From the IMG/VR virus record IMGVR_UViG_3300037044_000156, positions 1-29,947 of that record: DNA of 29,947 nt; one strand, 5' to 3'. Numbering within the stretch: the stretch's first letter is position 1; every line of letters begins with the position of its first letter. The notes beneath the pieces are model-generated. The model saw only the letters and a list, made by a program, of their open reading frames with translations. It searched no databases and was not told the DNA's origin. This DNA comes from a virus. Taxonomy: Duplodnaviria > Caudoviricetes. This document shows, in pieces, positions 26,452-29,947 of the stretch. The position numbers and the translations under genes are program-made.

Positions 26452-28539
26452 TTACACTTCGCCCTTCATACGCAGCGCCGCCCTGAAATCCTGCTCACGC
26501 ACGCCGAAGTCGATGTAGCCGCGGAACTGGATGCCGAGCGTGGTGAAGTCCGCATCGGTCTTCTCCACCGTCGGGGAGTCCACGCCGTTGAGGAACGCGA
26601 TCTCGATCGCCGGCAGCCGGTTGGGATCCGCCAGCAGGTACCAGGCCTTGCTGCTGTAGCCGGTGAAGCTGGCATTGGACAGGTAGACCGAGCTGACCAC
26701 GTTGTACTTGCCCGTGTGCGGGTTGACGTTCGGCTTACCCTTGTTGGCGGTGGTGGTCTCGTTCAGGCTGGCCGCCTTCATGAGCGTTTCGGCGGGCACC
26801 TTCAGGGCGGTCGGCACCAGCAGGATGCTGGCGGACATGCCCAGCGGCCGGCCGTTCGGCTTGACCTGGCTGCCGAAGAGCACCTCGGCCGCCGTAAGAG
26901 CGTCGATCGACAGGGCGGTGTCGGCCCCTTCGGCATAGTTGCCGTGGGCAGTGCTGAAGAAGGCCTGGCCATCGGTCTGGGTCGGATTGCTCAGCAGCAG
27001 GCCCCAGACGGAGTCGGCGATCGCCTCGGCGGCGCCCATGCCGATCTGGCGGGGGATGTCGGTGAAGGCGCCCAGGTCGTCGTTGATGATCATCTGGCGG
27101 GTGAGCGCGAACATGATACCATGCGTGTCCGCCTTCTGGCCGTACCGCTGCTCATCGATCTTGCCGTGCTTCAGCTCGCCATCCGGACCGACCTGCTGGA
27201 ACCGGAAGTTGCCACCCAGCCGGTAGCGGCTGTGCTCGCGGAAGTCCGTGACAGTGGCGATCTTGGCAATCTGCCGCCACGCATCTTCCACATAATTGTA
27301 ACCTTCGAGGAGCATCTTGTTGGCCACGTTGGACAGGATGCCCGGCAGGCTGGTGGTGCTGAAGGCCGCCTGGAGCCAGCTGGTGGCGTCCCGGCGGAAG
27401 CGCGGCAGGTGCTGGCCACAGGCGATCTCGCAGAACTCCTGGATGCCGACGCCGCGCAGGCGGTCGGCGGCTTCCAGGACGGGAGCGCCGTACAGGTTCT
27501 CCAGGGTCCGGCTGGCCATGCCGGAGGCCATCAGGGCGACGGCCTCGAAGACCTGCGGGCTGTTGGGCCGCTGGGGCGCGGTCACCGCTGCCACCCGGGG
27601 CCGGCTGGCCCGCAGGACGTGCAGCTCGGTGGTGGGCTCATCCCAGCCCTGCTCGATGGCCTGCGCCTCGATCTGGGGGAACTTGCCGTCGCAGATCCGG
27701 CGGATCGCCTCGAGGCGCCGCATCTCGGCAACCATCTGCTTGCGGACGGCGGTGATGGGGTCGCCGCCGGCCGGGGCGGCGGCGTTGATCATGGCCACCG
27801 GAGCCGGCTGCGGGGCCGCTGCGTTCACGGCGGCGGGGGCCGCCGGTACGGTCGGCTCGGCGGCGACAGCGTTGACCGTGGTCGGCTGCGCAGGCGCGGG
27901 TTCGGCGGCGTTGACGGTGGCCGGCGCCGACGTGGGCTCGGCAGCCGTGGCCGGGACGGCGGGTGCGTCGGGGGTGGCGGGGACGGGATCATCCATAACG
28001 TCTTGCTCCTTTGACTGGGCGGCGACTCGGGCACTGGTTCGGCCGTCGGCGCCGCTGTCGACGAACGAGATCTCCTTGAGGACTGCCTTGCGGACTACGT
28101 GGATCGGTCCGCTCATGGTTCTGCCGTTGACGGTGACGCTATGGCCGTTGGGGACGAACTCGGCATCGATCACCGCCGCGCCGATGCTGGCCTGCCACGG
28201 AAAGCCGTTGGTCCCGCTCTTGGCGACGTCCCGCGCCCAGGAGGTGTCCCGGCTGATCAGGCCCTCGGCGATCACCTGGCCGTTCTCGACGGCCACCCGC
28301 TGGGTATGCCCCACGCCCTGGCGCGGGTTGTGATCCAGGCGGACCGGGATGTCCTGTCGGTCGATCGACAGGCCTTCCAGATCCACGACGACCGGGTGGG
28401 GGAAGCCTTCCACCCGCATCGGGCCGCCGGTGTAGGCAACCATGTGGAAGCGGGGCATCTGCTTCTCGCCAGCATCCGCTGCCTCGACGGTGAGCGGGCA
28501 GGTGAGGATCAGGTTGTCAGGCAGCGTCGGCGTCGTCAT
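26452..28539 (-). CDS. Prohead protease-scaffold-major capsid fusion protein
   Basis: N-terminal HK97-type protease motifs (LDH, QASIG, LKEISFV..GAD), Pro/Ala linker, C-terminal capsid domain (DF.EH...L.G...F..V...GE.K...TRQMIINDDLGAF...WYL.ADP...DFGV...DFR). Confidence 0.9.
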   Translation of the reverse strand: MTTPTLPDNLILTCPLTVEAADAGEKQMPRFHMVAYTGGPMRVEGFPHPVVVDLEGLSIDRQDIPVRLDHNPRQGVGHTQRVAVENGQVIAEGLISRDTSWARDVAKSGTNGFPWQASIGAAVIDAEFVPNGHSVTVNGRTMSGPIHVVRKAVLKEISFVDSGADGRTSARVAAQSKEQDVMDDPVPATPDAPAVPATAAEPTSAPATVNAAEPAPAQPTTVNAVAAEPTVPAAPAAVNAAAPQPAPVAMINAAAPAGGDPITAVRKQMVAEMRRLEAIRRICDGKFPQIEAQAIEQGWDEPTTELHVLRASRPRVAAVTAPQRPNSPQVFEAVALMASGMASRTLENLYGAPVLEAADRLRGVGIQEFCEIACGQHLPRFRRDATSWLQAAFSTTSLPGILSNVANKMLLEGYNYVEDAWRQIAKIATVTDFREHSRYRLGGNFRFQQVGPDGELKHGKIDEQRYGQKADTHGIMFALTRQMIINDDLGAFTDIPRQIGMGAAEAIADSVWGLLLSNPTQTDGQAFFSTAHGNYAEGADTALSIDALTAAEVLFGSQVKPNGRPLGMSASILLVPTALKVPAETLMKAASLNETTTANKGKPNVNPHTGKYNVVSSVYLSNASFTGYSSKAWYLLADPNRLPAIEIAFLNGVDSPTVEKTDADFTTLGIQFRGYIDFGVREQDFRAALRMKGEV

Positions 28540-29944
28540 CGGCTTCGATCTCCTCAGCGGGCTGTGTGACGGCGGTTTCCGTCGCCAGCCCCAACTCCTT
28601 CATCAACTGGGTTTCCTTGGCCCGCTGGCGGAGCTCCGTCTCCCAGTCCTTTCCCTGGCGGGCATACTCGGCGGCCAGCGTCGTTGTGTGACTGGCCAAC
28701 CGCGTCGATTGCGCGTTGGCCTCCTTGGCCGGGTCCACGTGCTCGTTGCCATCGAAAAACCATTGATGCGGCAGATCCGGCAGGTCCCGCAGGAAGGCGA
28801 ACTCATCCAGCCACTGGGCTTCCTCGATCCAGGCGGCGAAGATGCGGTCGAGCACCACCTGGCCAAGATGGGCCTGTTCGACCCGAATGCTCTTGTGGTA
28901 CGTCTGGTGGTCCATCCGGCCGGAGGCGTAGTTGTAGCTGGAGCTGTTGCAGGCCGCGATGTTGTATGGCAGGTTCAAACAGCGGGCAATCTCATTGAGG
29001 ATCTCGCGTTTGAACTCGGCATAGGTAGTCGTCGGCTGCTGCGCCTCGATCTGCCCGAGCTTCCAGCCATCCGGCAGGACTGTCGCCATCCGCTTTTCCA
29101 GGTCGACGACGTCCATCGGCTCGAGGGCCTGGGCCTCGCCGTTGGCGGGGGCGTCCGTGAACAGCACCGCCGCGAAGTCCGCGGCCGTCTCCGCCGCCGC
29201 AATTACCGCCAAGGTGTACCGCCGTAGCTGAGCGAACAGCGGCAGGGCCGGTGTGATTTCCGGAATGCCCCGATGCTGGCCCGGGCGATCCGCTCGGAAC
29301 CAGTGGATGATGGCCTTGGCATCGATCCAGTCGAACCCGGTCTGCCAGAGACTTATGTCGCCCGGATGCTGGCGATACACGCAGTAGGCCTGCGGGTTGC
29401 TGTAGGCGTCCAGCACGACTCCATCGATGCTGCTGGGCGTTGGCAGGCTTCCCTGGTAACCCCAAGGGGATTCCACGCGATCCGCTTCCACCAGGTGCAG
29501 ATCGATCTGCACCGGCGAGTCCAGCAGCGGGTTGCCCGTCAGGAGGGCGAACGCCTCGCCGTCCGTCACCTTCGCCAACCGCATCGTGCGGAGCTTCTCG
29601 GCCAGCCCCACCGCCTGGCACCACAGCGCGAACGCCGTTTCGACCTTGCGGTTGCCCTCGGCGTCCGTCAGCAGCATCTGCAGCCGTGGACCGGTACCCA
29701 CGCAGTCATTGGCCAGCGTCAGGGCGATCCCCTTGGCATACGAGTTGTTGGCCACCTCGTAGCGCGATCGCTCGCGCAGCCGCTTTCGCACATCGGCCGA
29801 GCCGGCCGCATCGGCCGACAGGGCATCGGCCATCGCCCAGTGCCGGGCGTTCTCGGCCGTCGTCTGCGCCGCATCGAAGCGGGCGCGGATCACCGCCGGG
29901 AGGGAGCGGCGGGTCTTCCTGCCTTTGCTGCGGAACGGCCACAT
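28517..29944 (-). CDS. Phage portal protein, lambda family
   Basis: LRERSRYE..NN.YA.G...VG.G, DGE.F, IH.FR..RPGQ.RG.P, YNYASGR, VDP.KEA motifs. Confidence 0.93.
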   Translation of the reverse strand: MWPFRSKGRKTRRSLPAVIRARFDAAQTTAENARHWAMADALSADAAGSADVRKRLRERSRYEVANNSYAKGIALTLANDCVGTGPRLQMLLTDAEGNRKVETAFALWCQAVGLAEKLRTMRLAKVTDGEAFALLTGNPLLDSPVQIDLHLVEADRVESPWGYQGSLPTPSSIDGVVLDAYSNPQAYCVYRQHPGDISLWQTGFDWIDAKAIIHWFRADRPGQHRGIPEITPALPLFAQLRRYTLAVIAAAETAADFAAVLFTDAPANGEAQALEPMDVVDLEKRMATVLPDGWKLGQIEAQQPTTTYAEFKREILNEIARCLNLPYNIAACNSSSYNYASGRMDHQTYHKSIRVEQAHLGQVVLDRIFAAWIEEAQWLDEFAFLRDLPDLPHQWFFDGNEHVDPAKEANAQSTRLASHTTTLAAEYARQGKDWETELRQRAKETQLMKELGLATETAVTQPAEEIEADDDADAA

Positions 29945-29947
29945 CTA

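Larger units (their letters stand above)
11095..29947 (-). mobile_element. Prophage structural (head-neck-tail) region, siphovirus-like; continues beyond right edge
   Basis: Colinear portal, protease/capsid, DUF2190, neck, tail tube, chaperones, tape measure and tail-tip genes with coupled start/stop codons; no sheath gene; no integrase or att site visible. Confidence 0.92.

Noticed and set aside
11763-28333. Many long plus-strand ORFs over the prophage (e.g. 11763-12998, 16347-17684, 18069-19835, 23676-24947, 26389-28014)
   Set aside because: High-GC antisense shadows of phage genes; only the GNAT has real motifs and its own space.
1-29947. CRISPR array, tRNA, rRNA, IS transposase, contractile sheath
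   Set aside because: No regularly spaced repeats, cloverleaf, rRNA-like sequence, transposase motifs or sheath-like gene seen.

Overview
GC-rich bacterial window with two parts, almost all coded on the minus strand. (1) About 11.1-29.9 kb is the structural operon of a long non-contractile-tailed prophage: lambda-type portal, prohead protease-scaffold-major capsid fusion, extended DUF2190 protein, neck genes, tail tube, G/GT tail chaperone with a -1 slippery site, TP901-type tape measure and a run of mosaic tail-tip genes. Gene content suggests a Planctomycetota-type host (inference). Several accessory insertions interrupt it: an antisense GNAT gene bounded by a 4-bp repeat between capsid and DUF2190, a secreted dockerin protein plus a tiny membrane peptide and a lectin-like protein in the neck region, and a three-gene membrane cassette preceded by two perfect DnaA boxes between chaperone and tape measure. 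(2) About 1-10.5 kb is a lower-GC defence cluster: a double HARE-HTH Mrr-type nuclease, a small HNH gene flanked by 11-bp direct repeats, an unknown 121-aa protein, and the start of a class I DISARM locus (drmD, then a >1500-aa adenine methyltransferase that runs off the left edge and is missing from the supplied ORF track). I saw no tRNA, rRNA, CRISPR array, integrase, reverse transcriptase or recognisable endolysin.
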